DNA of 64,000 nt from Infirmifilum sp. (GCA_041287245.1 JBEULP010000117.1:32001-96000); one strand, 5' to 3'; positions 29,800 through 40,279 are shown, counted from the stretch's first letter. Notes: generated from the letters alone by a model not told the origin. Numbers and translations: made by a program.

Positions 29800-30845
29800 T
29801 AGAGATCGACGGCTCCTTTGGAGAGGGCGGTGGACAGCTCTTACGTTATAGCGTTGCCTTGGCAGCTTTAATGGGAGAACCCGTAAGAATCTATAACATA
29901 CGTGCGAAGAGAGATAATCCTGGTCTACGCCCGCAACACCTCGCAGCGGTGAAGTTCATCGCCCAACTTGTAAAGGGGCAGGTTGAAGGTCTCCGAGTAG
30001 GCTCAACCGAGATAATGTTTAAGCCGACTTTGAGGCGTCTGTCCGGGGGTGATTACAAGGTTGATATTGGTACAGCCGGATCCGTAACGCTTTTCCTCCA
30101 GGCAACGCTTCCTGTTCTCTTGGCATCCGAGGACAAGCTTAGGATGGAGATAAAAGGTGGTACAAGCGTACCTTGGAGTCCTCCTTACCACTATTTCGAG
30201 AAGATACTCATACCTTTATTTGGAAAAACAGGAGTAAAAGCTAGCACAACACTACTAAGACACGGCTTCTATCCTGAGGGTGGAGGAGTCGTAACGGTCG
30301 AGACACAGCCCTCATATCCACTGTCAGGTGTAAAATTATCCAGAAGCCAGAGAATCTCCCCTATCGAGGGAATATCGTATGCTATAAACCTGCCCTGCGA
30401 CATAGCAAATCGCCAGGCGAGCTCAGCGAGGACAATATTAGAGACTCATGGTTTCACAGTCAATCGTATAGAAATCGACTGCAAAACACCCTCAATCGGA
30501 AAAGGAACAGGGATTGTTCTCTGGGCCACACTCGGAGATGGCGTCGTTGGCGGGGACTCCATTGGAGCGAGGGGGAAACCCGCAGAGACCGTCGGGAAGG
30601 AGGCGGCTACGAGTATCCTTAAGAGTCTTAATGCTCAAACACCTGTTGACCCCCACGCCGCGGATAACCTTGTGATCTACCTGTCGCTCGCAGAAGGCGA
30701 GTCCTTCTTCTACACACCTGAACTAACCCTTCATTTAGAAACCGCTCTTCATCTCTGTAAACAGATAATAAAATCTGATTACACAGTAGAAAAGTTTGAC
30801 AACTCTGTTAAAGTGACAATAAAGGGAATAGGCTTCAAGCCTTAG
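29796..30845 (+). CDS. rtcA: RNA 3'-terminal phosphate cyclase
   Basis: IDGSFGEGGGQ, PGLRPQHL, TAGSVTL, GFYPEGGG, LTLHLET. Confidence 0.96.
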   Translation: MIEIDGSFGEGGGQLLRYSVALAALMGEPVRIYNIRAKRDNPGLRPQHLAAVKFIAQLVKGQVEGLRVGSTEIMFKPTLRRLSGGDYKVDIGTAGSVTLFLQATLPVLLASEDKLRMEIKGGTSVPWSPPYHYFEKILIPLFGKTGVKASTTLLRHGFYPEGGGVVTVETQPSYPLSGVKLSRSQRISPIEGISYAINLPCDIANRQASSARTILETHGFTVNRIEIDCKTPSIGKGTGIVLWATLGDGVVGGDSIGARGKPAETVGKEAATSILKSLNAQTPVDPHAADNLVIYLSLAEGESFFYTPELTLHLETALHLCKQIIKSDYTVEKFDNSVKVTIKGIGFKP

Positions 30846-30877
30846 ATATTGAACCTCTCTCACTCAGTATTCTCAAT

Positions 30878-31666
30878 TTATATAACTCTAGCTTCAAAGA
30901 CGTCCCCTACGCGGAGAGAAGTTCGATCAGACGCACTACCCTTATTTACCGCGAACTCGAGTTTCCCACAACTATTAGTTAAGGCGAAAAGCTCGCCTTC
31001 TTGCGCTTCACCAAATGTTTTATATATCGAAATATCATAATGCTTACCCTTCGCATGTACCCTAAGCCTGGAGCCTATAGCGATCCCAGCCTTCTCGAGC
31101 ATTTCTGCTGAAATATTAGTGGCGACATTTCCAAATCTATCTACATGTGTCACGTAACCCTTTAGGAATCCGCCTTCAACCACAGTTGGAGGCTTAGACA
31201 GCCTAACATAGTTATCTGTGTTTTCACCTATCTCCTCTATCGCACCTCCGCATGCGATATAGGCAGCTATGGGCGCGAAAACGTCTCTTCCGTGAAATGT
31301 ATAGGAGCTCTTGAAACTATAAGGTGTCTTTATTATGTTCCATACTTTAAGGGCGGTGTTCTCAATAATGGTTGTAAAAACTCCGTTGTCCGGCCCAACA
31401 AACCAGTACTTATCGGATTGAACGACAATCGCGCGACGGTTTGTCCCAACACCAGGGTCGACAACGACAAGAAATACGGTGCCCTCCGGGAAGTCGTCAT
31501 AACAGCAGGACAAGAGGTACTCGGCCTCTATAAGTGACCAGGGTTTCACGAGATGCGTAATGTCGATAACTTCAACCCTTGAGCAAATACGTTTTATCAC
31601 AGCTTTCACGGCCCCAACATAGTAGTCTTCAAGCCCGAAATCCGACATAAAAGCAACAATACTCAT
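30878..31666 (-). CDS. DUF62 family SAM hydroxide adenosyltransferase (chlorinase/fluorinase-like)
   Basis: SDFG, DITH, VVDPGVGT, GPDNG, TFHGRDVFAP, DRFGN. Confidence 0.93.
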   Translation of the reverse strand: MSIVAFMSDFGLEDYYVGAVKAVIKRICSRVEVIDITHLVKPWSLIEAEYLLSCCYDDFPEGTVFLVVVDPGVGTNRRAIVVQSDKYWFVGPDNGVFTTIIENTALKVWNIIKTPYSFKSSYTFHGRDVFAPIAAYIACGGAIEEIGENTDNYVRLSKPPTVVEGGFLKGYVTHVDRFGNVATNISAEMLEKAGIAIGSRLRVHAKGKHYDISIYKTFGEAQEGELFALTNSCGKLEFAVNKGSASDRTSLRVGDVFEARVI

Positions 31667-31739
31667 AAAAACCAAAGAAGGGATGGACAAGGAGTATATA
31701 TTCTTACTTCGGTTTTATATGCTTGTGCAAGGGGTATCA

Positions 31740-32261
31740 GTGCGGATTTTACATAGGGACTTAACCGTGTTTTACGGCTGCCTAAAGCCTTCTCGAGCTA
31801 TGAGATACCAAGACTTAATTGATTGGGCTAGGGAAAACACAGGTGCCGAAACCTGGATTATACTCACCAAGGGATGCTGTAAGCTTCCGCCATGGGAGCT
31901 TATTAAAACAGCTCTTCTTTACTCGCTAAACAATTATTTTGAAGGTAGGATGATTACCAGAACCCTTGTTCACGAATTCCTTATCTATCTTGTGGGAAAC
32001 AGAAATATCACAAAGGCCAGGAAATTCTTCGAGGAGAGCTCCGCGGAAGAGATAGGGTATGTGGCGATAAGTCTTGAGCGTGACAAGGAACTAGAGCTGT
32101 TGCTTCAACAGTTTAAAGCTAGATACAGCTTGGAGGAAATACCTTATGATACTGAATGCTGGTTAAGTGAATACTCTGCATATCTAGGCTTGCCTCGGGA
32201 CAAGGAAAGATTAATAAGTGTTCTCAGGGGGAGGGCTGCCCTCCTCCACCTCTCCCGCTGA
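31740..32261 (+). CDS. cgi121: KEOPS complex subunit Cgi121-like protein
   Basis: ITRTLVHEFLIYLVGNRNITKA resembles the Cgi121 core motif; GTG start inferred from GGGGT SD. Confidence 0.65.
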   Translation: MRILHRDLTVFYGCLKPSRAMRYQDLIDWARENTGAETWIILTKGCCKLPPWELIKTALLYSLNNYFEGRMITRTLVHEFLIYLVGNRNITKARKFFEESSAEEIGYVAISLERDKELELLLQQFKARYSLEEIPYDTECWLSEYSAYLGLPRDKERLISVLRGRAALLHLSR

Positions 32262-32813
32262 TACGGGCTTCTGTTTGAGCTTTCGGGCTTCTCTTCTTAG
32301 CTTCTCAACAGAGATTATGCTTGAAGGTTTAATAACGCTTAAACCAGCTCTTTCACCTATGACTTCAACTGTTATTATCTTGTCTGGTGTTTCAAGGCTT
32401 ACTTTGTTTTGAACATGTGTTGCTATGGCGTCAATTATATCCTCACGTCTAAGCTCAGAGAGCCTCACATGAGCCTCGACTTTATATGTTTCACTAGGCT
32501 CTAGCCTTGCGGAGGCAAGCCTGAGAGCAGCATCCCGGATATTCTCGAGAGATGCGTCTACCGTTATTTGGATTGGCGTTACCTTCAATACATATCTAAA
32601 GTAGTAAGGGTTCTCCAAGATTTTTTCTCGCATTCTACTTGTAAACTCCTCCGGGTCTAACCCGGTTTTTACGACGATTAATGATGGTAAGCCTGTTTTA
32701 CTTGCATCTAAGGCTTTATCTCCAATTTCCCTGGCGAAAAACCAGAGCTCTGAAATGCAGTCGTTTTCTCTCAACCTGTAAGTTGCTACGACGAGGTTAA
32801 AGTCTTCCAACAT
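32211..32813 (-). CDS. THUMP domain RNA-binding protein
   Basis: TYKVEAHVR, KVSLETPDKIITVEVIG. Confidence 0.88.
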   Translation of the reverse strand: MLEDFNLVVATYRLRENDCISELWFFAREIGDKALDASKTGLPSLIVVKTGLDPEEFTSRMREKILENPYYFRYVLKVTPIQITVDASLENIRDAALRLASARLEPSETYKVEAHVRLSELRREDIIDAIATHVQNKVSLETPDKIITVEVIGERAGLSVIKPSSIISVEKLRREARKLKQKPVSAGEVEEGSPPPENTY

Positions 32814-32910
32814 TCAAATCACTCAGCCTTTTAGCTTCCCCTAGAGAGTTTCATAATATTAATATATTTGTTGTGTGCCGATAGCGTTTAGTCTAAGGTG
32901 GTGGTTTCGG

Positions 32911-33186
32911 ATGGAGTTTTGCCCTAAGTGTGGCACGCTCATGGTTCCGAAGAAAAAGCCAGAGGGGTTGTACTTGGTCTGTCCCAACTGCGGATACGAG
33001 ATGAAGGCAAAAGATGCGAAAGGCTATTCAACACGGGAAAATGTCTCTGAGGAAAAGAAGACGAAAGTTTCTGTCTTTGACGTCCAAGGAGCGAGAGCTG
33101 ACGAGGAAGAGCGTAGCCAGCTAAGAGAAATATACGAGGTTTTTCTTGAAACACTGGCAGAGGAAGAGGAATCCGGAGAAGACTAA
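32911..33186 (+). CDS. TFS/RpoM-like zinc-ribbon protein with only the N-terminal ribbon
   Basis: MEFCPKCGTLM...CPNCGY; acidic C-terminus without a second CxxC pair. Confidence 0.8.
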   Translation: MEFCPKCGTLMVPKKKPEGLYLVCPNCGYEMKAKDAKGYSTRENVSEEKKTKVSVFDVQGARADEEERSQLREIYEVFLETLAEEEESGED

Positions 33187-33197
33187 AAGCCCTCGGG

Positions 33198-35012
33198 TTG
33201 TCCCGTATGAGAATAGCGGTAGTGGACAAGGCACTCTGTAAGCCGAGCAAGTGTAACCTTGAATGCGTGCGCTTCTGCCCCATCAACAGGGGGGGCGCTA
33301 AATGTGTGTGGATCGATGAAAGTGAAAACAAGGCGAGGATTTCCGAAGAGCTCTGTGTGGGATGTGGAATTTGTATTAAAAAATGTCCCTACTCTGCGAT
33401 CTCAATAGTGAACCTACCCGAGAAGCTCACCAAAAACCTCGTCCACCGTTATGGTCCGAATGCTTTTGAGCTTTTCCGGCTGCCTATACCGAAGGAGGGG
33501 CGGTCGCTAGGTATTCTAGGTAGTAACGGTGTGGGTAAATCAACCTCTCTTAAGATACTCGCTGGGGTTGTGAAGCCCAACCTTGGTAGATACGACGACC
33601 CTCCTGACTGGGACGAGATTATAGACTTTTTCAAGGGTTCGGAGCTTCAACCTTACTTTGAGAAGCTAGCTGCGGGAAAGCTCCGCGTATCATATAAGCC
33701 CCAAGCCATTGATGCGCTGAGGAAATATAATCTCACGGTGGAAGAGGCGTTAAGGAAGGTAGATGAAAAGGGAATTGCCTCTGAGCTTGTGGAGTATCTG
33801 GGACTGAGTAATTTAAAGGAGAGGCTTTTAAGCCAGCTTAGCGGAGGGGAGCTCCAAAAGGTAGCTATAGCTGCCTCCCTAGCGAGAGACGCGAATGTGT
33901 ATCTACTTGACGAACCGTCCAGCTATTTAGATGTGAAGGAAAGACTTCGTGTTGCAAATCTAATCAGAGGGCAGATTGTACCGGGCAGGTATATAATAGT
34001 AGTGGAGCATGACTTAGCGGTTCTAGACTATGTCAGCGACCTAGTTTCAATAATTTACGGCGAGCCGGGCGTATACGGTGTTGTAGGTATTGTTAAGGGT
34101 GCTAGGGCAGGTATAAACTCATATATACAAGGTTTCATTCGCGAGGAGAATATACGTTTCCGCGATTATGAAATAGAATTCCATGAAAGGCCGCCCACGC
34201 CAGAATGGCCCGGGGAAAGTGTGATGGTAAAGTGGAGCAACCTTTCAAAGACTCTCGGCAGCTTTAAACTAAAAGTTGCGGAAGGCTCTGTCCATAGAGG
34301 TGAGGTTGTAGGTATTCTTGGCCCTAATGGAATTGGAAAAACAACCTTTGTCCGGATCATAGCCGGGGAGCTGGAGCCCGACGAAGGTTGGGTTGAGAGA
34401 GCGATTAATGTAAGGCTGAGCTACAAGCCACAGTTCCTGGGGGAAGTCCAGTTCGACGGAACAGTGAGACAATATCTCATGGCTTCAGAGGTTGATACCT
34501 CTTCTCCTCTTGTCCAAGCAGAACTCATGAAGCCGCTACGAGTCCACTCTCTACTGGATCATAACATGCAAGATTTGAGTGGGGGAGAGCTTCAAAGGGT
34601 TCTGATCGTGGCTGCTCTAGGACGAGATGCTGATATTTACCTTTTAGACGAGCCTATGGCTTATCTAGACGTCGAACAAAGATATGCCGTGTCAAAGGTT
34701 ATCAAGAGGTTGACAGCTGAAAAAGGCGTTGCAACCATAGTCGTAGAGCATGACATTGTAGCTATAGATTTCCTAGCAATGACAATAATGGTTTTCCGTG
34801 GAGAGCCAGGATTTAAGGGTGAAGCCCTACCTCCCAGCGATATGAGAAAGGGCATGAACCTCTTCCTTAAAGACATGGGTTTAACATTCAGGAGAGATCC
34901 TGAGACCAAGAGACCTAGAATTAACAAGCCAGGATCCTGGCTGGATAGATATCAGAAAGAGGTTCTAAAAGAGTATTATTACGTGATTATGGAGGAAAAA
35001 GAAGGAGAGTAG
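33198..35012 (+). CDS. ribosome recycling ATPase ABCE1 (Rli1)
   Basis: N-terminal Fe-S cysteines (CKPSKC..C..FCP; CVGCGICIKKCP), two Walker A (GVGKS, GIGKT), two LSGGELQ, FRRD...RPRINK. Confidence 0.97.
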   Translation: MSRMRIAVVDKALCKPSKCNLECVRFCPINRGGAKCVWIDESENKARISEELCVGCGICIKKCPYSAISIVNLPEKLTKNLVHRYGPNAFELFRLPIPKEGRSLGILGSNGVGKSTSLKILAGVVKPNLGRYDDPPDWDEIIDFFKGSELQPYFEKLAAGKLRVSYKPQAIDALRKYNLTVEEALRKVDEKGIASELVEYLGLSNLKERLLSQLSGGELQKVAIAASLARDANVYLLDEPSSYLDVKERLRVANLIRGQIVPGRYIIVVEHDLAVLDYVSDLVSIIYGEPGVYGVVGIVKGARAGINSYIQGFIREENIRFRDYEIEFHERPPTPEWPGESVMVKWSNLSKTLGSFKLKVAEGSVHRGEVVGILGPNGIGKTTFVRIIAGELEPDEGWVERAINVRLSYKPQFLGEVQFDGTVRQYLMASEVDTSSPLVQAELMKPLRVHSLLDHNMQDLSGGELQRVLIVAALGRDADIYLLDEPMAYLDVEQRYAVSKVIKRLTAEKGVATIVVEHDIVAIDFLAMTIMVFRGEPGFKGEALPPSDMRKGMNLFLKDMGLTFRRDPETKRPRINKPGSWLDRYQKEVLKEYYYVIMEEKEGE

Positions 35013-35134
35013 ATCAATAGGGCTCGCGCTGTGTTTTACTAGAACATTGCAGGGAAACTTGAAAGAACAAGGGAAAAGTTTATAAATTAAGAGCAAAATT
35101 GTGTATCTGCATAAAAATCCATAAGGTGACACGT

Positions 35135-35410
35135 ATGGCAGAGGCAGGAGTAATCTTTGTAGGAAACAAACCAGTAAGCAGCTATGTACTAGCGGCAGTC
35201 ACACAGTTTACAAGTGGAAGCAAGCGCGTAGTATTAAAGGCCAGAGGTCGAGCTATCTCACGAGCCGTGGACGCCGCCGAACTTGTGAAGCGTTTTCTTG
35301 GCGGCAATGTCAGCTACGGAGCCATCAAAATCGGCAGTGAGAAGGTAGGCGAGGCTGGCAAAGAGCGGACGGTTTCTACCATTGAGATCGAACTTGTAAA
35401 GACTGCTTAA
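35135..35410 (+). CDS. albA: DNA/RNA-binding chromatin protein Alba
   Basis: VGNKPVSSYVLA, KARGRAISRAVD, VSTIEI; ATG at 35135 after AGGTGA, TATA box TTTATAAA near 35079. Confidence 0.96.
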   Translation: MAEAGVIFVGNKPVSSYVLAAVTQFTSGSKRVVLKARGRAISRAVDAAELVKRFLGGNVSYGAIKIGSEKVGEAGKERTVSTIEIELVKTA

Positions 35411-35459
35411 AAGCAACTTACACAGATTTCTTTTTATTCTATGACCAGAAAATACGATA

Positions 35460-37292
35460 GTGTTTACTATGGTACGTTTAACTTCAACCTTAGACAAGGT
35501 TGTCCTGCTGGAGCAGGAGAATATAGAAGTCGATTTTACCATATCGAACGAGGATCCTCGAGAAATTGAAGGAAAACCCTACATCATCCTAAGGGTTCAA
35601 GGTAAGGAAGAGCTATATTTGTTATTTGACGACGTTAAACTAGCACCTGGGGGAAGCCGGGAGTTTAAAGCTAAAATTAAAGTCCCACCTGTTACAGGCG
35701 AAGGCACACTTGGAATATACTTTGAGGAGAGAGGAAAGATTACTGCAAGCAATGAATACCCAGTCTATGTTGCAAAAAAAGGGGATCCTATCTACGTGGC
35801 CTTTGTATGGCACCACCACCAGGCGCCGAACTTCTACCCTGACGGGCACTTCAAAGACCTTTGGGCTTACAAGCATGTTTTTGAGGGCGACTTTTATGGT
35901 CATCCCCAAGGTCCCTACGCTATTCATATGGGCTTTCATCGGCAGTACCCTGATTTCCGAGACGTTGACCACTTTTCCCCCTCACTATTAGAGCAATGGG
36001 AGCTCGTGCTTAAAGAGGAGCCTAATGCACCAGACTATGCCACATCGAGAAGATCCGAGTTAGAATCTCTCGTCTCCACGCTTAAGAGCCTTGCTACTCA
36101 GGGAATTATCGAGCCGCTGGGAAGTGTGTATGCTCACACAATACTCGGCTTTATACTCCGCAAAGCGCTTCAGAAGGGGTTATTCGAGGAGGCGAAAACG
36201 CTGATAAAATGGGAGATATCACAAGGTATGAAGATTGTTGAGCGAGTTATAGGTAGACGTCCTAAAGGGTTCTGGACACCTGAAATGTTCTGGAGCATGG
36301 ACCTTGTAAACATTTACCGTGAAACGGGCATAGAATATACCGTGTTATGTGAACAACACTTCTCAAAGGCTGGTGGTGAAAAAGACTCTATATACACGCC
36401 GTATATTGTTCAGGATCCGGTCACGTCAAGCAGCATAGTTGTCTTCTTTAGAGACCTCGCGCTTAGCAACTGGATCAGCTTTAACGTAGACTTTAAGGAT
36501 CCTCAAGAGGCAGATCTATCCGCTAGAAGGTTTGTCGTGGAGCTTGCGAAAAGAAGGGAGAGTGCGCCGAACGGTATAGTTGTTATAGCCCTCGACGGGG
36601 AAAACTGGATGATAATGCCCTCGTATAGGCGATACGCACCATATTTCCTAGAGAAGATAATTAAATACTTGGATGATAGCAACATTTTAAAGACTATCAC
36701 ACTGGAACAATATCTTGAGAAGCACAAGCCGGAAAGAGTACTTACCTATGTCCCGTATGGTTCCTGGATCAATCTAACCGACCGTCAATGGACTGGCGAT
36801 GGAAAGGACCAGCTTTGGGAGAAAGCCTTCCAGGCTCTTAGCTACGTCTTCTCCCTTTATAAGTCGCTAGGAGAGGATGCGTGGAAGATTTCTCAAGACG
36901 AAAACACCGAGCTCTACAAGGCTTTAAAGGCTTTATCGATCGCCATGGACAGCGATTTCTACTGGTATGGCGAGATCGAGAAAGAAGCTAATTTCATACG
37001 AGTATGGGCTGATACAGCAGTTGAGATTGTTGACAACTTTTTTAAACGTAGCTTAAAGGCGACGATTCTCGACCGAGGCAAGAACCATATTATACTTCAA
37101 CTGGAAAATCACTCCTCACTTCCTCTCCAAGTCACATTAAACGTAGAGGCGAGGAACTATAAAAACGAGACGAAGATAACTCTCAAGCCAAAAACGATAA
37201 AAAAAGTTCCTGTATACACGCCTTCTGGAGATGATACAAAATTCACCTTAAGGGTAGGATCTGTAGAACAGGTTATTCAGGCTAAAGGCTAG
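35460..37292 (+). CDS. glycoside hydrolase family 57 protein
   Basis: WHHHQ, YAHTI, GFWTPEM (nucleophile), ALDGENW (acid/base), DSDFYW. Confidence 0.9.
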   Translation: MFTMVRLTSTLDKVVLLEQENIEVDFTISNEDPREIEGKPYIILRVQGKEELYLLFDDVKLAPGGSREFKAKIKVPPVTGEGTLGIYFEERGKITASNEYPVYVAKKGDPIYVAFVWHHHQAPNFYPDGHFKDLWAYKHVFEGDFYGHPQGPYAIHMGFHRQYPDFRDVDHFSPSLLEQWELVLKEEPNAPDYATSRRSELESLVSTLKSLATQGIIEPLGSVYAHTILGFILRKALQKGLFEEAKTLIKWEISQGMKIVERVIGRRPKGFWTPEMFWSMDLVNIYRETGIEYTVLCEQHFSKAGGEKDSIYTPYIVQDPVTSSSIVVFFRDLALSNWISFNVDFKDPQEADLSARRFVVELAKRRESAPNGIVVIALDGENWMIMPSYRRYAPYFLEKIIKYLDDSNILKTITLEQYLEKHKPERVLTYVPYGSWINLTDRQWTGDGKDQLWEKAFQALSYVFSLYKSLGEDAWKISQDENTELYKALKALSIAMDSDFYWYGEIEKEANFIRVWADTAVEIVDNFFKRSLKATILDRGKNHIILQLENHSSLPLQVTLNVEARNYKNETKITLKPKTIKKVPVYTPSGDDTKFTLRVGSVEQVIQAKG

Positions 37293-37361
37293 GCTCTGGC
37301 GCGCGAGAAGGGATATAGAACATATTTAATTCCACACATCGTTAATTATAATGGTACTCCC

Positions 37362-38717
37362 ATGACAAATAGTGTTGCTGATGAAGCTCGTATAAGCGCA
37401 TTAACAATAGCTCTTGAAGGCATAAAAGCGGCCGAGCCTGTAAAAGCCGTAAAGAACTTCGTCTCCGTCAAAGATAATTCTATACTATTGAGGGATGGAA
37501 CCATAATCGACGTTAAAGGTAAAATCTACGTGGTGGGTGCGGGAAAAGCCTCTGGCGGGATGGCCGTTGCCTTAGAGGAAGTTTTAGGGGATAGGATCAC
37601 TGGGGGAATAGTTGCAGTACCCGAAGAACTTGTTGATAAATACAGCGTTAGCCGAATTAAACTTATAGGAGCTTCTCACCCGCGGGCATCGGAGAAAAGC
37701 GTCCAGGCTGGGCGCCTTCTATTGGAAAATCTCTCCAACCTTCGCGAGAATGACCTAGTTATAGCCGTGTTCTCCGGCGGTGGCTCTGCACTTGTAGAGT
37801 ATCCTGTGGAGGGAGTCTCTGTCGACGAGATAGGAGAGCTCAGCATGAAACTAATGAAGCGTGGCGCTGACATATTCGAGTTGAATACCGTTCGAAAACA
37901 TCTTTCAAAGATTAAGGGTGGCTGGCTCGCGCGTCATGTAAGACCTGCACGGCTACTCTCACTGATGATCTCAGATGTTGTTGGGGACAGAATGGACACT
38001 ATTGCCTCAGGTCCTACTGTTCCAGATCCTACAACATTCGAGGACGCCTATAACATTCTCGTAAAATATCAGGTATGGGATGAGGCACCTAGGTCTATAA
38101 AAGAATATATTAGGAGAGGTATGGAAGGTCTTGTTCCAGAAACTCCTAAGCCTAATGACCCTGTTTTCGATAACGTATTTAACAAGATAGTGGCCAGCAA
38201 TATATTGTCCCTCGAGGCTATGGCTAGAAAAGCAGAGCAACTCGGCTATAAAGCCATTATTATCACCTCCATGCTTGAGGGAGAGGCGCGAGAGGTAGGA
38301 AAAGTTGTAGCCTCCGTTATCAAGGAAGTAAGGCGGTCCGGGAACCCTGTACAGCCTCCCGCTGTGCTTTTATGGGGCGGTGAAACGACTGTAACGGTTA
38401 AAGGAAAAGGTCTTGGTGGGAGAAACCAGGAGACGGCTCTAAGCATAGCTATAAGTATCAGAGGGATCAAGGGAGTGTCTGTTGCATGCATAGGTAGTGA
38501 CGGGCGCGACGGTCCCACCGATGCCGCTGGAGCGGTTGTCGATGGCTCCACGTATGAAAAAGCACTTTCGTATGGGCTGAAACCTGAAGATTTCCTAGAC
38601 GACAACAATAGTTACGAGTTTTTCGCGAAGGCCGGAGGACACGTGAAAACAGGGTATACAGGTACAAATGTTAACGACTTCATTGTAGCTGTTATAGAAA
38701 ACTTAGAAAAATTGTGA
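37362..38717 (+). CDS. glycerate 2-kinase (MOFRL family)
   Basis: GAGKAS, SGGGSAL, RKHLSKIKGG, IASGPT, GGETTV, GGRNQE, TGTNVND. Confidence 0.95.
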   Translation: MTNSVADEARISALTIALEGIKAAEPVKAVKNFVSVKDNSILLRDGTIIDVKGKIYVVGAGKASGGMAVALEEVLGDRITGGIVAVPEELVDKYSVSRIKLIGASHPRASEKSVQAGRLLLENLSNLRENDLVIAVFSGGGSALVEYPVEGVSVDEIGELSMKLMKRGADIFELNTVRKHLSKIKGGWLARHVRPARLLSLMISDVVGDRMDTIASGPTVPDPTTFEDAYNILVKYQVWDEAPRSIKEYIRRGMEGLVPETPKPNDPVFDNVFNKIVASNILSLEAMARKAEQLGYKAIIITSMLEGEAREVGKVVASVIKEVRRSGNPVQPPAVLLWGGETTVTVKGKGLGGRNQETALSIAISIRGIKGVSVACIGSDGRDGPTDAAGAVVDGSTYEKALSYGLKPEDFLDDNNSYEFFAKAGGHVKTGYTGTNVNDFIVAVIENLEKL

Positions 38718-38740
38718 GAAATAAAAATTAATTAAGTCGT

Positions 38741-39166
38741 CTAGAAGCGGCGTCTGCCGCCCCTTCTTCCTCCTCTAAATCCAGTATCCTCGAATTCTTT
38801 CTCAGAGATATTATTTTCAGAATTTACCTGTTCAATCTTTTCTTCTGAGGGTTTAATAGAGCCGAAGCGCCCGAGCCCCAGCCTGAGTTTTCCTTGGAAT
38901 AGCGAGACATAGCCGTTGTTTAACGTTACGGTATCACCAACCATGCTTTTGAACTGGTCTATTTCGTTGTCCCAAGCTGTTAAAACAGCTACACCGGTTT
39001 CGTCGCCGACAAGAACATCAGCCACTCGGTGCTCGGAACCATCGCGTCTAGATGTAATCTGTTTCTCGTCGTTAACGTTAAGAACTTTAAATGTTACAGA
39101 GAATCTACGTGTGCTTGGAGTTATGTCTGCAATTTTTACTTCTCTTGTTTCTCCTGTATTATACAT
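38741..39166 (-). CDS. ssb: single-stranded DNA-binding protein (crenarchaeal single OB fold, Arg/Gly tail)
   Basis: VGDETG, LTAW, NGYVSLFQG-LRL-LGRFG, C-terminal RGGRRGGRRRF. Confidence 0.9.
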   Translation of the reverse strand: MYNTGETREVKIADITPSTRRFSVTFKVLNVNDEKQITSRRDGSEHRVADVLVGDETGVAVLTAWDNEIDQFKSMVGDTVTLNNGYVSLFQGKLRLGLGRFGSIKPSEEKIEQVNSENNISEKEFEDTGFRGGRRGGRRRF

Positions 39167-39217
39167 TTCTTTCTCTCGTGTCGCCGTTCAGGCGCATTTA
39201 CTTCTACCAAAGGTGGG

Positions 39218-40279
39218 TTATATATGTGTTGTTTTTCCCGTATTTTCTTTAAAACTTTTATAATATCTGATTAAGAGCTCACGTAGCATAACAATAGTTC
39301 CAAAAAGGTCTTTCCGGAGGAATCCTTTTTCAAAAAAGATACGATCAGGCACCTTTCTCCGTCTCTGAATAATCTTTCTGTGGAGCAAGCGGGTAGGTAG
39401 TGTATTCAGAATATTTATGCTCGCTTTAAAATATGCGAGAGCCTCTTTACCCTTTAAACCGAGGGAGAGTAAAACGATATTAATGTAGCCTAGATATAAG
39501 GTGAAGACCACGCTGAAAACCATGTTCTCAGCTTCCAAGTTCTTGAAAATATTAAGGAGTCTGTTTTTAAACCCGAAATAAAGCTTGTCATAGCGTAACC
39601 TGTTCTCGAATTTATCCTCGTGGTAGACGACTGCACTAGGCTCATAACCAACACTGTAACCAAGTAACCTCACCCTCCAACTGTAATCCGTGTCATCATC
39701 ATAGATAAAGTAGGTATCGTCGAAGCCAAGAGCCTCGAAGTATAGGTCCCTCCTCGTAATCATCATAGCTGAGGAGGCTAGGAAAATCTCTAGGGGTCGT
39801 GAAAAAAGCTCAGCACTCTGCCCATACGTCGTAACCCAGGTTCCAGCAACATCCAATCCTAATGACATGTGGTCCATCTTTCCCTCATTACTTCGAGAAA
39901 TCACCTTAGCTTGAACTACGCCCATGAAAGGATTTTTCTCCATAGCTTCTACAAGCATTCTGAGCGCATTGGAACTCACTATCACATCATTATCCATGAA
40001 CACGAGATACTTTGCTGAGGGATCGCTGGCTAAGGCTCCTATATTGTGGGATGCCGATGCACCGATGTTTACGTCGAAGTGAACTATCCTTATTCTCTTG
40101 TCGCCGAACTCATTCCTGATACGCTCTTGTAGTTTTGGAGTCAAGCAGTCTACAACTATTATTTCAAGGTTCGGGTAATCACTTTCTAACAGGCTTTTTA
40201 TACAACTTCTTAGAGGCTCATACGACTTATAGTTGACAATTATGACGCTTACCAGGGGGTTTACATTACCGATCTGCAC
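39218..40279 (-). CDS. glycosyltransferase family 2
   Basis: VSVIIVNY, IIVVD, FMDND, GFDDTYFIYDDDTD-SWR. Confidence 0.92.
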   Translation of the reverse strand: MQIGNVNPLVSVIIVNYKSYEPLRSCIKSLLESDYPNLEIIVVDCLTPKLQERIRNEFGDKRIRIVHFDVNIGASASHNIGALASDPSAKYLVFMDNDVIVSSNALRMLVEAMEKNPFMGVVQAKVISRSNEGKMDHMSLGLDVAGTWVTTYGQSAELFSRPLEIFLASSAMMITRRDLYFEALGFDDTYFIYDDDTDYSWRVRLLGYSVGYEPSAVVYHEDKFENRLRYDKLYFGFKNRLLNIFKNLEAENMVFSVVFTLYLGYINIVLLSLGLKGKEALAYFKASINILNTLPTRLLHRKIIQRRRKVPDRIFFEKGFLRKDLFGTIVMLRELLIRYYKSFKENTGKTTHI

